A DNA stretch of 64,000 nt. Source: an uncultured virus (IMG/VR IMGVR_UViG_3300028895_001288). Its lineage: Duplodnaviria; Heunggongvirae; Uroviricota; Caudoviricetes. The stretch's first letter is position 1. The number at the start of each line of letters is the position of its first letter. Location: the IMG/VR virus record IMGVR_UViG_3300028895_001288. The stretch is one strand, 5' to 3'. A program made the translations under genes and the position numbers. Below are positions 38,091-47,960 of this stretch, piece after piece. Below the pieces are notes generated by a model. The model ran no database searches. It was not told the origin of the DNA and saw only the letters and a list, made by a program, of their open reading frames with translations.

Positions 38091-39227
38091 ATGAATCACC
38101 GGGCTTACTTGTTTAAGGAAGCAGCCAAGTGGTCTCGCCGCTTGATGGGTATGCTACGTTCTGCGACCCCCAAGAGGCGTAAACGCTTACTTAATCAATT
38201 CTACGAAGGTCATCTTCCTGAAAAGGGAATGGTGAGTCGGTATGGCTTAGAGGACGATCTAAGGGAGATGCAAACGTATAGTAGAGCACTGGAAAGGGCC
38301 GAGGATGCTTCAGAAGCGATGTCAGGATTGAAACAGCGTATGATAGAAAGAAAGATCCCTGTTCCGAAAACTGCCCCCACTCCAAAGGGCTTTCGTGACT
38401 ATGGGTATGGTATGTCAGGTGCACGCACCATCGCTTCCGACCTGACAGAAGTGTTCCCTAAAGCAAAGAGATCAAAGATAAAAGGCATTGTGAAAAGAAG
38501 TCCGGCCGCTTTGTACAAATACCTGGCAAGTCAAGTTAGCGCTTATCCAATGAGTCCTGAAAGACGGTGGGGTGCCAATAGTCTACTGGAAAAGTGGCTT
38601 GTGTCGGGCAAAGGGAAAGCATTCAAACCACGTCCACCGCATAAGTATATGAAGACGCATAAGACAAAAGGGGGCAAAGTTGTCACGGAGGAATATAAGA
38701 AAAAGCAACCCGAGTATCAGCCCGAAGCACACGTCTGGAGAGGCTATGGTTCGGACCGTCCTCTGCTTGCTCGTACAAGCGATGTTTTTGTTTCACCACA
38801 CCCGCAAGTGGCAACAAGTTTTGGTGACCTCGTGGCCCGCATCCCTTTATCCCGATACGGCAACGTAAAGTATAGCCCGGACGTGGGGCTGAAATTTGAA
38901 GGTGCTGTTTCCTCTGGGTATAAGTGGCGTAAGAAGCGCCTTGCAAAGATCAAAAAAAGAATGTTGAAGGGGAAAGGATACAAGAAGTTCATCTACCCCG
39001 GAATGAACGCTCCCCTTCGAGATTATGAAACCGTTTTACCGACAGTGGGACCAAAGGACATCGGGGAGCTGTACAGCAGCCATGACTACAAACTGCACCC
39101 GCTTCGTTTGAAACTGCCGAAAAGGATGCAGACTGCAGGCAAGCGGACAGTACCGGCTACTGGCGAGAATCTGCTTTCACATCCCGTTACGAAGTCATTG
39201 TCTGAATTTGTAACACCAATCATGTAG
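38091..39227 (+). CDS. Leader-family basic protein (MNHRAYLFKEA...) with a possible ADP-ribosyltransferase-fold domain
   Basis: Shared leader; markedly AT-richer than flanks; VWRG...VFVSP...A.SF...YE pattern. Confidence 0.65.
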   Translation: MNHRAYLFKEAAKWSRRLMGMLRSATPKRRKRLLNQFYEGHLPEKGMVSRYGLEDDLREMQTYSRALERAEDASEAMSGLKQRMIERKIPVPKTAPTPKGFRDYGYGMSGARTIASDLTEVFPKAKRSKIKGIVKRSPAALYKYLASQVSAYPMSPERRWGANSLLEKWLVSGKGKAFKPRPPHKYMKTHKTKGGKVVTEEYKKKQPEYQPEAHVWRGYGSDRPLLARTSDVFVSPHPQVATSFGDLVARIPLSRYGNVKYSPDVGLKFEGAVSSGYKWRKKRLAKIKKRMLKGKGYKKFIYPGMNAPLRDYETVLPTVGPKDIGELYSSHDYKLHPLRLKLPKRMQTAGKRTVPATGENLLSHPVTKSLSEFVTPIM

Positions 39228-39236
39228 AGGAAAAAC

Positions 39237-40214
39237 ATGACAGACGTGCCGGTCCTACAGGGTTACGACATCTCGGCCATCGACTGCGATGTGTTCGAGC
39301 GTATCCAGATCCAGACCAACCCTCTGGGCGGCAACGTCATTGCGTGGGGCCTGCAGCAGGGCTTCAATCAACCCGGTCCCTATCACTTCTACGTGGACTT
39401 CGGCCGCTCCGGCACCAACGAGTGGGAGGTCCTCAACCAGACCCCCGTCGTGGACGACTGCTTCTTCGTGGACCCCTGCCAGCGCCACTGGGACACGCTG
39501 GTCGACTACTTCTACAGGGTTCGCCTGGTGCTGCCCAGCGTCAAGGACGACGCCGGCAACTGTGTAGCCTACGTCTCCCAGCCCCAGCAGGCCAACGGGC
39601 TGTGGAACAAGAAGGACTGGCTGAAGGCGCGCTACATCATCCGCCAGGAACTGAAGTTGCAGGACAAGGCCACCACCCAGACGTCGAAGGGTGTGCTGCT
39701 CAAGCGCCGGCGCTACGGCGAGCAGTCGGTGACGACCACCACCTGGGACGTCGGCGAGATCCAGCACACCGGTTCCACGGTGGATTACGGGACCGGCATC
39801 GTGGGCGGGTACTTCCGGGCCATCGATTACCGGATCACCTTTGACACGCCCTGGCGGCGCGAGTTCGGGCGCGACAACCCCACCAAGGGCACCACGCACG
39901 AGATCAAGCGCTCCGGGCGGGCCATCGCCTACCCCTACGTTGAACACGACGATGTGTTCCATCGGCTGGACAGCGGAGAGCGCTTTGTCATCAAGGCGGT
40001 GGAGACCGTCGCCGAGATCGGCAACATCCCGATCATCGTGAAGCTCGAGTTGAGCCTTGCCCCAACGACCGCTGAGATTTATAAGATACCCCTTTCAGGG
40101 GGTTCCTCGTCCGCCGCGCCTGAGTCGTCGGACAGTTCGGAGTCAAGCCCAAGCGGCGTCGAACCCGAGAGCTGCGGCCCCACGGCCCGCATCGATGACG
40201 CCGGAGAGTGGTAA
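39237..40214 (+). CDS. Putative neck / head-closure protein
   Basis: GAGGA RBS; between adaptor and tail genes; Ser-rich C-terminal tail. Confidence 0.5.
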   Translation: MTDVPVLQGYDISAIDCDVFERIQIQTNPLGGNVIAWGLQQGFNQPGPYHFYVDFGRSGTNEWEVLNQTPVVDDCFFVDPCQRHWDTLVDYFYRVRLVLPSVKDDAGNCVAYVSQPQQANGLWNKKDWLKARYIIRQELKLQDKATTQTSKGVLLKRRRYGEQSVTTTTWDVGEIQHTGSTVDYGTGIVGGYFRAIDYRITFDTPWRREFGRDNPTKGTTHEIKRSGRAIAYPYVEHDDVFHRLDSGERFVIKAVETVAEIGNIPIIVKLELSLAPTTAEIYKIPLSGGSSSAAPESSDSSESSPSGVEPESCGPTARIDDAGEW

Positions 40215-40227
40215 AAGGAGACACACA

Positions 40228-40473
40228 ATGGCCGGTAAGGAAGAGCAAGTCAAAGAGGCGGAAGCCAACATCCAGGAGCGCCTGCAGGCGTTCGACTACG
40301 GGATGGAACTCTTCTTCAAGGAAGCGGGCATCGAGAAAGCCGCGGTTGCGCAGGCCGTCGGTCTCGAAGAGCAGGACCTTGCCCCGAAGTCGGCACGATG
40401 GCTGAAGGAACAGATGGAGGCGGCGAACAAGGAAGCAGAGAGCAAAGACGCCGCCCCGACAAAGGAGGAGTAG
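40228..40473 (+). CDS. Small acidic protein (AFDYGMELFFKEAGIEKAA motif)
   Basis: AAAGGAG RBS. Confidence 0.7.
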   Translation: MAGKEEQVKEAEANIQERLQAFDYGMELFFKEAGIEKAAVAQAVGLEEQDLAPKSARWLKEQMEAANKEAESKDAAPTKEE

Positions 40474-40548
40474 GCCCGTTCGGTCGGGTCTCTCCGCTAC
40501 TGCGCAGGATAGGCCTGACCTGGGAGCCCGACCACGAGGAGATCCTCG

Positions 40549-41295
40549 ATGGCAGTCGACTGTGGAAACGATTCCGGGACGCCCGCACCAGGCGGGACAC
40601 CGATTACAAAGGTCGGACTCGATGAGAAGTCGAGTCTCTGCACGACCGGTTTCCACCCGAATATCATCACGGGGTTCATCACGCGGGCTTTGCGGGACCA
40701 CTTCTCGGACCCTGACAACCTGGAGTTCGGCGGGCGCAATGAGTTTCGCATCGTCGACGGCCAGCGGCTCATGGTCGAGGAGTTGCAGAATTACGTATGG
40801 ACGGCGGGGCCGGACACGGAGCTCCTGATCGATCCATCGTGGAAGTACAACCGGCAGAACATCCAGAAGCGGCCGGGCCTGCTCGTGCACCGAAACAAGT
40901 TCTCGCGCAGCAGCCCGATCGTGATGGGGGACGGCCAGACGGTCGGCCCCAAACGGGATCAAGCCGGTAACATTCAGCGGGTGCGGGGGAGATACCAGAC
41001 CTGCGCCATTGCGGGGAGCCACACGGTCTTCTGTATCGGTGGCGCCGGAGCAGAAGCAGAGTTGCTGGGTGCGGAAGTGTTCAACCACTTCCTCATGTTC
41101 GGGCAGCTGTTCCGCGAGGAGTGGAAGATGCACGAGTTCAGTGCAAATTCCGTGGAACCGGTTGCCTATCTTGAGGAATTCGACGATCATTACGTGGTGC
41201 CGGTCGTGCTGTCGTACGCCTACATGCCCACGTGGCGCGTCGAACGGGAAGCACCCTGGCTTAAAACACTCGCGATTGACATTCAATCGGAATAA
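40549..41295 (+). CDS. Putative tail terminator / completion protein
   Basis: Nearest gene upstream of the sheath; alpha/beta pattern; GAGGAG RBS. Confidence 0.55.
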   Translation: MAVDCGNDSGTPAPGGTPITKVGLDEKSSLCTTGFHPNIITGFITRALRDHFSDPDNLEFGGRNEFRIVDGQRLMVEELQNYVWTAGPDTELLIDPSWKYNRQNIQKRPGLLVHRNKFSRSSPIVMGDGQTVGPKRDQAGNIQRVRGRYQTCAIAGSHTVFCIGGAGAEAELLGAEVFNHFLMFGQLFREEWKMHEFSANSVEPVAYLEEFDDHYVVPVVLSYAYMPTWRVEREAPWLKTLAIDIQSE

Positions 41296-41307
41296 GGAGA
41301 CGCTCAC

Positions 41308-44115
41308 ATGCCGTCGTACGTGCTCCCCCAGGTACTGGTCTTTCAAGAGTTTGAAGCCCAGCCCGCGCAGATCGCGCAGCCGCAACACGCGTGCATTGTG
41401 GGTCCCCACTACAGCCTCCACCGTTACACCGAGGAGCGCTCCGAGATCTACGTGGGCACCTATGATCCGCTCAACGAGGAATGCTTTGCCTGGCCCAACC
41501 GGCCGGCGGGCGGCGAGGTGGACCCGGACTACACGCGGGTCTACATGGAGAACGCCCTCCTCCAGTACTTCAACGACCCCGCGGGCGACAGCTCGCTGGT
41601 CAACCACGTCGCCCCCGGCAAGAACCGCATCCGGGCCGACTCCAAGATCTTCCAGACGGCCAACGGCTACGCCCGCAGCACCGACTTCCTCCGGGACGTC
41701 CAGGTGGGCGACGTGGCCAAGGTCCTGGCCAGCTCCTGTGGCGAGCCGGTCAGCCTGGTCGCCAACATTGTCGGCCTGGTCGCCGACGTGCTGGCCGCCG
41801 TGGTCGATTCGGCCGAGGTCGATATCGACAACCAGGCCGCCACCGTGGCCTCCACCGCCGACGCGCAAACGGCCGGCGCCATCAACAACGTGGGCGTCGA
41901 CTCGGTCGACGGCTCCAGTTACGACGGCCTGCCGGACGGCGAGCCTTCCGAGACCTACACCATTGAAGTCATTGCCGGCTCCACCGGAGGGGACGCCACC
42001 TCGGCCCTTCTTCGGGTGACCTCGGCATCCGGGCTCGACAACGTGGCCGAGGTCACTCCGGCCGCATTCGCATCTCCGACCTCCATTGGCACCCGGGGCC
42101 TGACGGTAACCTTCGTCAACAACACCGGCAGTTCTTCGAGCGGCCCCGGCGGCCCGGTCGACCCCGACGACTTCCTGATCGGGCAGACCTGGGAGGTCGA
42201 GGTTTCGCAGACCTTCACGCCGGCCACGCCGGCTTCGGGCGGCACGTACGGCGGCGCGGCGGACACGACCTACATCGTGGAAGTCACCCGCGGCGGGCTG
42301 TTCTCGAGCTCCACCAAGCCCCAGATCACGGTCACCACGACCACGGGCATCGACATCTCCGGCCCGACGGAAGTGCCCGCCTCCGCCACCGCGGTGGTGG
42401 TCGGCACCCAAGGCGTGACCATCGCCTTCACGGGCGCGGGCCTGAACAAGGGCGACCGCTACACGATCGCCGTGGAAGCGGCCAAGGACGGGCCGGTCCG
42501 CACGCTGGTGCTGGACCGCAACCTGCCCGATGCCCTGCGGGGTGTCTGTGACGCGGGCACGTCCTCCTCGTCCAGCGGCGCGCCGCCGGACCTGGACCTG
42601 ACGCTCTACGTCAAGAAGGACATCGAGGTGACCGAGGAACGCCTCGGCTCGCCGCCCCTGGTCAACTGGGAGCAGAGCGATACGGAGATCTGCCTGAAGT
42701 CCGGCATCACCGCCTTCGACAGCGACTTCCAGTCCGGCGGAAGCCTGGTGGCGCTGCCCGTCATGGACGGCGACATCTACATCAACTACCGGGCGATGCT
42801 CTCCACCCGCTGCAGCACGGTGGGTTCGATCAGCGACGTCTCGGAGGTTTCCGGGGCGCTGGGTTCGGTCAGCCCGGACAACCCGCTGGCCTTCGGCGTC
42901 TACAAGGCGCTGGAGAACAACAACGGCGAGGACGTGAAGTACCTGGCCGTGTGTGACGACAGCGGCAACGTGGACGCCACGCTGGAGCCGTGGCTGGACG
43001 CGCTGGAGATTCTGGTGGGCCGGGACGATGTCTACAGCCTGGTCCCCCTGACCCAGTACAAGCCCGTCTGCGACGCCTTCCTGGCGCACTGCTCGGCGCA
43101 GTCCACGCCGGAGAACGGCCGCTGGCGGATCACGTGGCTCAACCTGGCCGCCGAGGAGACCATCGGCGTCTACACGACCAGCGCGGTGGGCGGCGGTCCC
43201 GTCCTGGCCACGATCACGGACGACCCCGACACCTCCGGCACGCAGTACACGCTGGTGGAAGCGGTCGGCGAGCAGTTCGTGACCAACGGGGTGCGGGCCG
43301 GCGACACGGTCCGGGCGCTGTACACCTCCGACGGGTTCGGCAACTACACCTACACCGAGTTCGTGGTGGACGCCGTGCTCAACGAGGAGTCGATTCGTTT
43401 GGTCACGGGACCGGACGCGGCGGTCAACACGCCCTCCAAGATCGAGATCTGGAGGACGCTCAGCAAGGACGAGCTGGCCACCGAGATGGCCACCAAGCCG
43501 GGCCTGTTCAGCAGCCGGCGCGCCTACCTGGTGTGGCCGGACACGCTCGGCAACGCCGGCGTCACTTTCGAGGGGTTCTACCTGTGTTCGGCTCTGGCGG
43601 GGCTGCGCTCCGGCGTGCTCCCGCACCAGGGCCTGACCAACGTGGAGATCAACGGGTTCGACGACCTGTCCCGCACGGTCGACTTCTTCAGCGCCAACCA
43701 GCTGAACACGATGGCGGCCAGCGGGTACTGGATCGTGACGCAGGACCCGAGCGACGGTTCGGTCTTCACCCGTCACCAGCTCTCGACGGGCGACCAGGAC
43801 GAGCTGAACGAGAAGGAACAGAACATCACCACCAACCTGGACAACATCTCGGTGAACTTCCTGATCCGCATGAAGCAGTTCATCGGACGCGGGAACGTGA
43901 CGCCCACGATGCTGGCCATCCTGCGCGGTGAGATTCTGGGACTGATCGAGCAGTTCAAGAACACGATCATCAACGACCAGTTAGGACCTCAGATCCTGAA
44001 CGCTGAGATCCTGGAACTCAGGCCGGACGATGTGCTGGGAGACCGGATCATCGCCCGCATCGACGTTGAGCTGCCGTACCCGCTCAACAACCTGGAGCTG
44101 CACCTGGTCGCTTAA
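41308..44115 (+). CDS. Contractile tail sheath protein
   Basis: N-terminal YVLPQVLVFQE; C-terminal sheath-like domain (FIGRGNVT...IDVELPYPLNNLELHL); 935 aa. Confidence 0.85.
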   Translation: MPSYVLPQVLVFQEFEAQPAQIAQPQHACIVGPHYSLHRYTEERSEIYVGTYDPLNEECFAWPNRPAGGEVDPDYTRVYMENALLQYFNDPAGDSSLVNHVAPGKNRIRADSKIFQTANGYARSTDFLRDVQVGDVAKVLASSCGEPVSLVANIVGLVADVLAAVVDSAEVDIDNQAATVASTADAQTAGAINNVGVDSVDGSSYDGLPDGEPSETYTIEVIAGSTGGDATSALLRVTSASGLDNVAEVTPAAFASPTSIGTRGLTVTFVNNTGSSSSGPGGPVDPDDFLIGQTWEVEVSQTFTPATPASGGTYGGAADTTYIVEVTRGGLFSSSTKPQITVTTTTGIDISGPTEVPASATAVVVGTQGVTIAFTGAGLNKGDRYTIAVEAAKDGPVRTLVLDRNLPDALRGVCDAGTSSSSSGAPPDLDLTLYVKKDIEVTEERLGSPPLVNWEQSDTEICLKSGITAFDSDFQSGGSLVALPVMDGDIYINYRAMLSTRCSTVGSISDVSEVSGALGSVSPDNPLAFGVYKALENNNGEDVKYLAVCDDSGNVDATLEPWLDALEILVGRDDVYSLVPLTQYKPVCDAFLAHCSAQSTPENGRWRITWLNLAAEETIGVYTTSAVGGGPVLATITDDPDTSGTQYTLVEAVGEQFVTNGVRAGDTVRALYTSDGFGNYTYTEFVVDAVLNEESIRLVTGPDAAVNTPSKIEIWRTLSKDELATEMATKPGLFSSRRAYLVWPDTLGNAGVTFEGFYLCSALAGLRSGVLPHQGLTNVEINGFDDLSRTVDFFSANQLNTMAASGYWIVTQDPSDGSVFTRHQLSTGDQDELNEKEQNITTNLDNISVNFLIRMKQFIGRGNVTPTMLAILRGEILGLIEQFKNTIINDQLGPQILNAEILELRPDDVLGDRIIARIDVELPYPLNNLELHLVA

Positions 44116-44123
44116 GGAGAGCG

Positions 44124-44825
44124 ATGGATTACAGGGGATACCTGATCAAGCAGGCGGCAGCGGGGCTTGTTGGCGAACAGGCCCCCGCGCCCGCTTCATG
44201 GTTTCTCAACCCCGTGAACAAGGGGGATCGGGTACGCAAGTTCCTGAAGAACAGGAAGATCCAAAAGAGTCTCCAGAAGGAGGCGATGGGGCTGCGGCGG
44301 GCGCAACGTTTGGCGCGCCTGATGCGCAGCGGAAAGTTCAGCAAGCGCCGGGAGGTGTTCAAGCAGAAGCACGGGATTGAGACGCGGCATCCCTACGAGA
44401 CAGCGCTGCATGACGTCAGGCGCAGGCTGCTGCGCCGGCAGCCGGAGAAGGCTTTTGGGGTGTTGACGGACCCGGACGTGCGGGACACGCTAAAGTATGT
44501 GGCGCGCAAGGGGCGCAACCCGCTGGAACACCTGGAGCGCATGGGCGCCACGTCGAAGGCGGAACTGTTGGGGTTGGGGTTCCCGCCTGGCGTGCGACCG
44601 CCTGTCGGGTTGGGCGTGTTCGACCCGCTGCACAAGATCAAGGGTCGGTACCGGGGCGGCCAGGCAGCCAGCCGACCCATGGGTGCCTTGCCTGGCAGCC
44701 GGGTGATCGGGGCGCGGGAGAGTGCGCTGCCCGCGATACAGTTCGCCAAGGTCAAGGCCAAGGTGAAGGCGCCCGGCGGCAAATGGAAGAAGCGCAAGAT
44801 GCGGATCGAGGACATGCCTGCATAA
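44124..44825 (+). CDS. Leader-family basic protein (MDYRGYLIKQA...)
   Basis: AAGGAG RBS; shared leader and second site LQKEA; sits between sheath and tube. Confidence 0.7.
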   Translation: MDYRGYLIKQAAAGLVGEQAPAPASWFLNPVNKGDRVRKFLKNRKIQKSLQKEAMGLRRAQRLARLMRSGKFSKRREVFKQKHGIETRHPYETALHDVRRRLLRRQPEKAFGVLTDPDVRDTLKYVARKGRNPLEHLERMGATSKAELLGLGFPPGVRPPVGLGVFDPLHKIKGRYRGGQAASRPMGALPGSRVIGARESALPAIQFAKVKAKVKAPGGKWKKRKMRIEDMPA

Positions 44826-44840
44826 TCGGGAGGATGAGCG

Positions 44841-45290
44841 ATGGCTCGTGACGTTTTCAATCGGGAAGTTGACCTGGGGACTCCGCTGGCGGCGGACGCC
44901 ACGCGACTGCTGGTCACGGGCCTGACCGAAGAGGACATGCTCGCCCAGAACGTGCGGATCGAGTACCGCCAGAACGTGAACCGCCTCTGGGAGGTGGGGT
45001 CCTCGAAGCAGTTCTTCATCGCCGGCCGCACGGAAGGCACCATTGCCGTTGGCCGCATCATCGGGGGCAAGGGCGTCTCCGGTGAGTTCATTCGCCAGTA
45101 CGGCGACGTCTGTAACATGCCGGGCAATCACATCACGTTGCTGCTGGACTCGGGGTGCACGGACAACCAGACGCTGGGCAAGATCACGGCGTCCGGTGTC
45201 GTGGTTCAGTCCGTGGCCTACGCCGTCAACAGCCAGGAGATGGTGATCAACGAAGACATCGGCATGTTGTTCGCGCGCCTCGAGTTCTGA
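44841..45290 (+). CDS. Tail tube protein
   Basis: 149 aa, downstream of sheath; QNVRIEYRQNVNRLWEVGS...GRTEGTIAVGRI tube-like pattern. Confidence 0.7.
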   Translation: MARDVFNREVDLGTPLAADATRLLVTGLTEEDMLAQNVRIEYRQNVNRLWEVGSSKQFFIAGRTEGTIAVGRIIGGKGVSGEFIRQYGDVCNMPGNHITLLLDSGCTDNQTLGKITASGVVVQSVAYAVNSQEMVINEDIGMLFARLEF

Positions 45291-45330
45291 GGCGCCTTAG
45301 GCGCCGCTGCGGCGTCATTGAGTAGCAGAG

Positions 45331-47952
45331 GTGTATTCCGTGGCCTTCGATTTCAGGTCTGAAGACACGTTGTCTGCGCGCCTGCGTCGCAGGGACACGG
45401 GCACACGCTCGGACCCCACTTTCCAAGTTGGACTGATCAAAGACACTTACGCGCATACGGGTTGCTACCTGGTGGGGTTGCCTGCCGGGCGAACCATCGT
45501 TGCCACCGAAGCTTTGCCGATGTTTTCGGGCATACCCATGGGTGCCCGACCCGTGGGTATGTACATGCCGGGTGCTCGTGTAGTCGTCGCGCAATTCCCC
45601 CAAGTTGAATACGGTTTGATACTGGGCACGTCGCTAAAACAGGTCTCCGACGCCCGAGTCGTATTGCCTGACAGCATCGGCCGCCCGCGTCTGGATGTAG
45701 GCGTGAAGAGCGACAACATGCATTACGGTCCGTTGCAGGACTACGACACGCCCGGCAACTTTAGCGTTGGCCGTCCCCTCGACACGCTGCCCGGCGACTG
45801 GGGAAGCATCAACGACATGGGCGTGGGCGTGCTCGTCGGCCGGATGATGGCCCTCCTGCGCGCCTCCGACCTGGCCAAGATCGAGGCCTTCTGGGGCGAC
45901 GACCTGCTCAGAATCTTCGGCTACAACATGGAGATCAGCACCGCCGCCACCGAAGAGCAGCGGGTCAACGACGAGGGCGAGTACAACGAGATCCTCTTCA
46001 AGACGCCGTATCCGTGGGAAGGGTTGGGCAGCCGGGGCGGCCCCGGCGGCACCAGCACCACCGACGACGCCCCGGCGAAGAAGGGTTCGGTCAAGGCCAC
46101 CGTGGAGCCCGAGGAGGACGACCAGCACATCCTGCCGCGCTTCACCCGGCTGACGGGCTACCTGGGCGACATGGAGCGGGAGTGGATCTCCGCTCCGCCG
46201 TCCGAGCTGGAACTGGAGACCTTCAAGGGCCTGACGCGGCACACGGGTCTGTACGAGCAGGTCAAGAGCATCGACGGGTCCTACGCCCTGCGCTCGGCCC
46301 GCGAGATCATGCTCGAGAAGACCATCCTCATCCCGGTGCCCAAGCAGATGACCTCGTCCGAGGACCCGACGGGGGACAATAGGGAGAACTACTCCGCGTC
46401 GGGCCTGTTCAACGGCACCCACGAGAAGAAACCCTACTTCTGGGGCGAGGACAAGGCCGGCATACGCAGCGCGCAGATGCTGGACTACCATACCTGGTTC
46501 TTCAACCGCTACACGCCCGTGGGCCTCAACAAGCACGAGCTGGACTGGTACTACCCAGAAGAGTCCGGCGGCGCCCTTGGCGACGGCACGCTCTACACGG
46601 GCGGCTACAACAACGGCCACGAGTTCCTCATGGAGCTGCCGCAGATCGCGGACATCACCATCGACCACCGCTCCGGGAACATCCAGAAGTACTACCGCTC
46701 GCGCAGCGCGTTCCACATGCATGACGACGGCTCGCTGACCATCGAGGACGGCTACGGTTCCCAGATCGTCATGGCGGGCGGCTCGATCTCCCTGAAGGCC
46801 TTCAACGACGTCTTCCTGCAGCCGGGCCGAAGCATGGTCTGCTGGGCGCCGTACGACGCGATCGTGCGGGCCGGCAACTGCGCCGACGTCTCCGCGGCGC
46901 TGGGGGACGTGCGCCTCAAGGCCGAGCGCAACCTGCAGATCCTGGGCGGCAACTCCAAGTCCGACGGCGGCGTGCTGATCGAGAGCCGCTCGACGGGTCC
47001 GCAGACGGCCTCCGACTTCGGCGAGAAGACCGGTGCCCGGGTGACCAGCCACGGCATCACGATCAAGAGCGCCGCCTCCCCGGTCTACGTCGTCGGCAGC
47101 GAGGTCTACGTGGGCCGCTACGCCGAGGGCGCCGGCTCCGTCATCATCGACGGCGGGGACCAGGGCCGTGTGCTGACACGCGGCGCGCAGATCCTGACAC
47201 GCTCCACCGACGTCATCTCCCAGACGGTCGTGGCTCCGGGCGACGGCCCCGAGGAGGAGATGTTCGCGCTCAACCTGAACGGGGCGCTCCTCTCCACCAA
47301 CATCGACATCGGCGGCTCGATCCGCACGTCGCCTTCGGGCACCGGCAAGACCGGGGACGCGGTCATCGGCGGACAGATCCTCTGCCATGGCCTGGGTGTC
47401 TTCGGGGACAACGTGCTGACCAACGGCCAGATGGCCCAGCGCGAGGGCTCCAACTTCGTGGCCAGCATCGAGCGCGACATCGACCTGGGCACCGAGCCCA
47501 GCGAGATCGCCGCCAAGCTCAACCGGCAGGTGGAGGCCGTGCGTGAAGTGATCGACGAGCTGAACGACGAAGCCGTGGAGGAGGCGGAAACGTCCCCCGG
47601 CAACAAGGAGTTCCAGGACAGCATCGGGGCCTCCATGCGGGCGACGGAGGAGGACCTGAAGCTGGGCGACTCGTTCATCATCTACGAGTCCCGTTGGCAG
47701 CAGGTCATGCGCGCCAACGGCAACGCCTCGACGTGGAACGAACCCGTCGTGGAGGCGCCCAGCGGGGAGCCCACGCGGCCTCACCCGGGCGAGGCGGCCT
47801 GGGAGGAGGGCGATCATTACGCCACGGTCGACCCGCTCAACCTGAGCCTGTCCGAGAACAAGACGCTGGAGCGCGAGAACATGCAGAACGAGGGGGCCGA
47901 GCCCGAACTGGCCACCCTCGCCGAGGGGTATCTGATCAACACGCAGACATGA
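45331..47952 (+). CDS. Putative baseplate spike/hub (gp5/VgrG-like) protein
   Basis: N-terminal OB-like segment (YMPGARVVVA...LILG); C-terminal beta-strand repeats (DDGSLTIEDGYGSQIVMAGGSISL). Confidence 0.55.
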   Translation: MYSVAFDFRSEDTLSARLRRRDTGTRSDPTFQVGLIKDTYAHTGCYLVGLPAGRTIVATEALPMFSGIPMGARPVGMYMPGARVVVAQFPQVEYGLILGTSLKQVSDARVVLPDSIGRPRLDVGVKSDNMHYGPLQDYDTPGNFSVGRPLDTLPGDWGSINDMGVGVLVGRMMALLRASDLAKIEAFWGDDLLRIFGYNMEISTAATEEQRVNDEGEYNEILFKTPYPWEGLGSRGGPGGTSTTDDAPAKKGSVKATVEPEEDDQHILPRFTRLTGYLGDMEREWISAPPSELELETFKGLTRHTGLYEQVKSIDGSYALRSAREIMLEKTILIPVPKQMTSSEDPTGDNRENYSASGLFNGTHEKKPYFWGEDKAGIRSAQMLDYHTWFFNRYTPVGLNKHELDWYYPEESGGALGDGTLYTGGYNNGHEFLMELPQIADITIDHRSGNIQKYYRSRSAFHMHDDGSLTIEDGYGSQIVMAGGSISLKAFNDVFLQPGRSMVCWAPYDAIVRAGNCADVSAALGDVRLKAERNLQILGGNSKSDGGVLIESRSTGPQTASDFGEKTGARVTSHGITIKSAASPVYVVGSEVYVGRYAEGAGSVIIDGGDQGRVLTRGAQILTRSTDVISQTVVAPGDGPEEEMFALNLNGALLSTNIDIGGSIRTSPSGTGKTGDAVIGGQILCHGLGVFGDNVLTNGQMAQREGSNFVASIERDIDLGTEPSEIAAKLNRQVEAVREVIDELNDEAVEEAETSPGNKEFQDSIGASMRATEEDLKLGDSFIIYESRWQQVMRANGNASTWNEPVVEAPSGEPTRPHPGEAAWEEGDHYATVDPLNLSLSENKTLERENMQNEGAEPELATLAEGYLINTQT

Positions 47953-47960
47953 GGTGAACC

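Noticed and set aside
40480..40535. Possible structured RNA before 40549 (GGTCGGG...CCCGACC)
   Set aside because: Short pairing is expected by chance at this GC content; no recognisable ncRNA family
40033..43776. 1247-aa minus-strand ORF, and similar long antisense ORFs (11317..12978, 24864..26483, 33841..35487, 45634..47817, 55719..57173)
   Set aside because: Shadow frames of GC3-biased plus-strand genes; no motifs, RBS or operon logic
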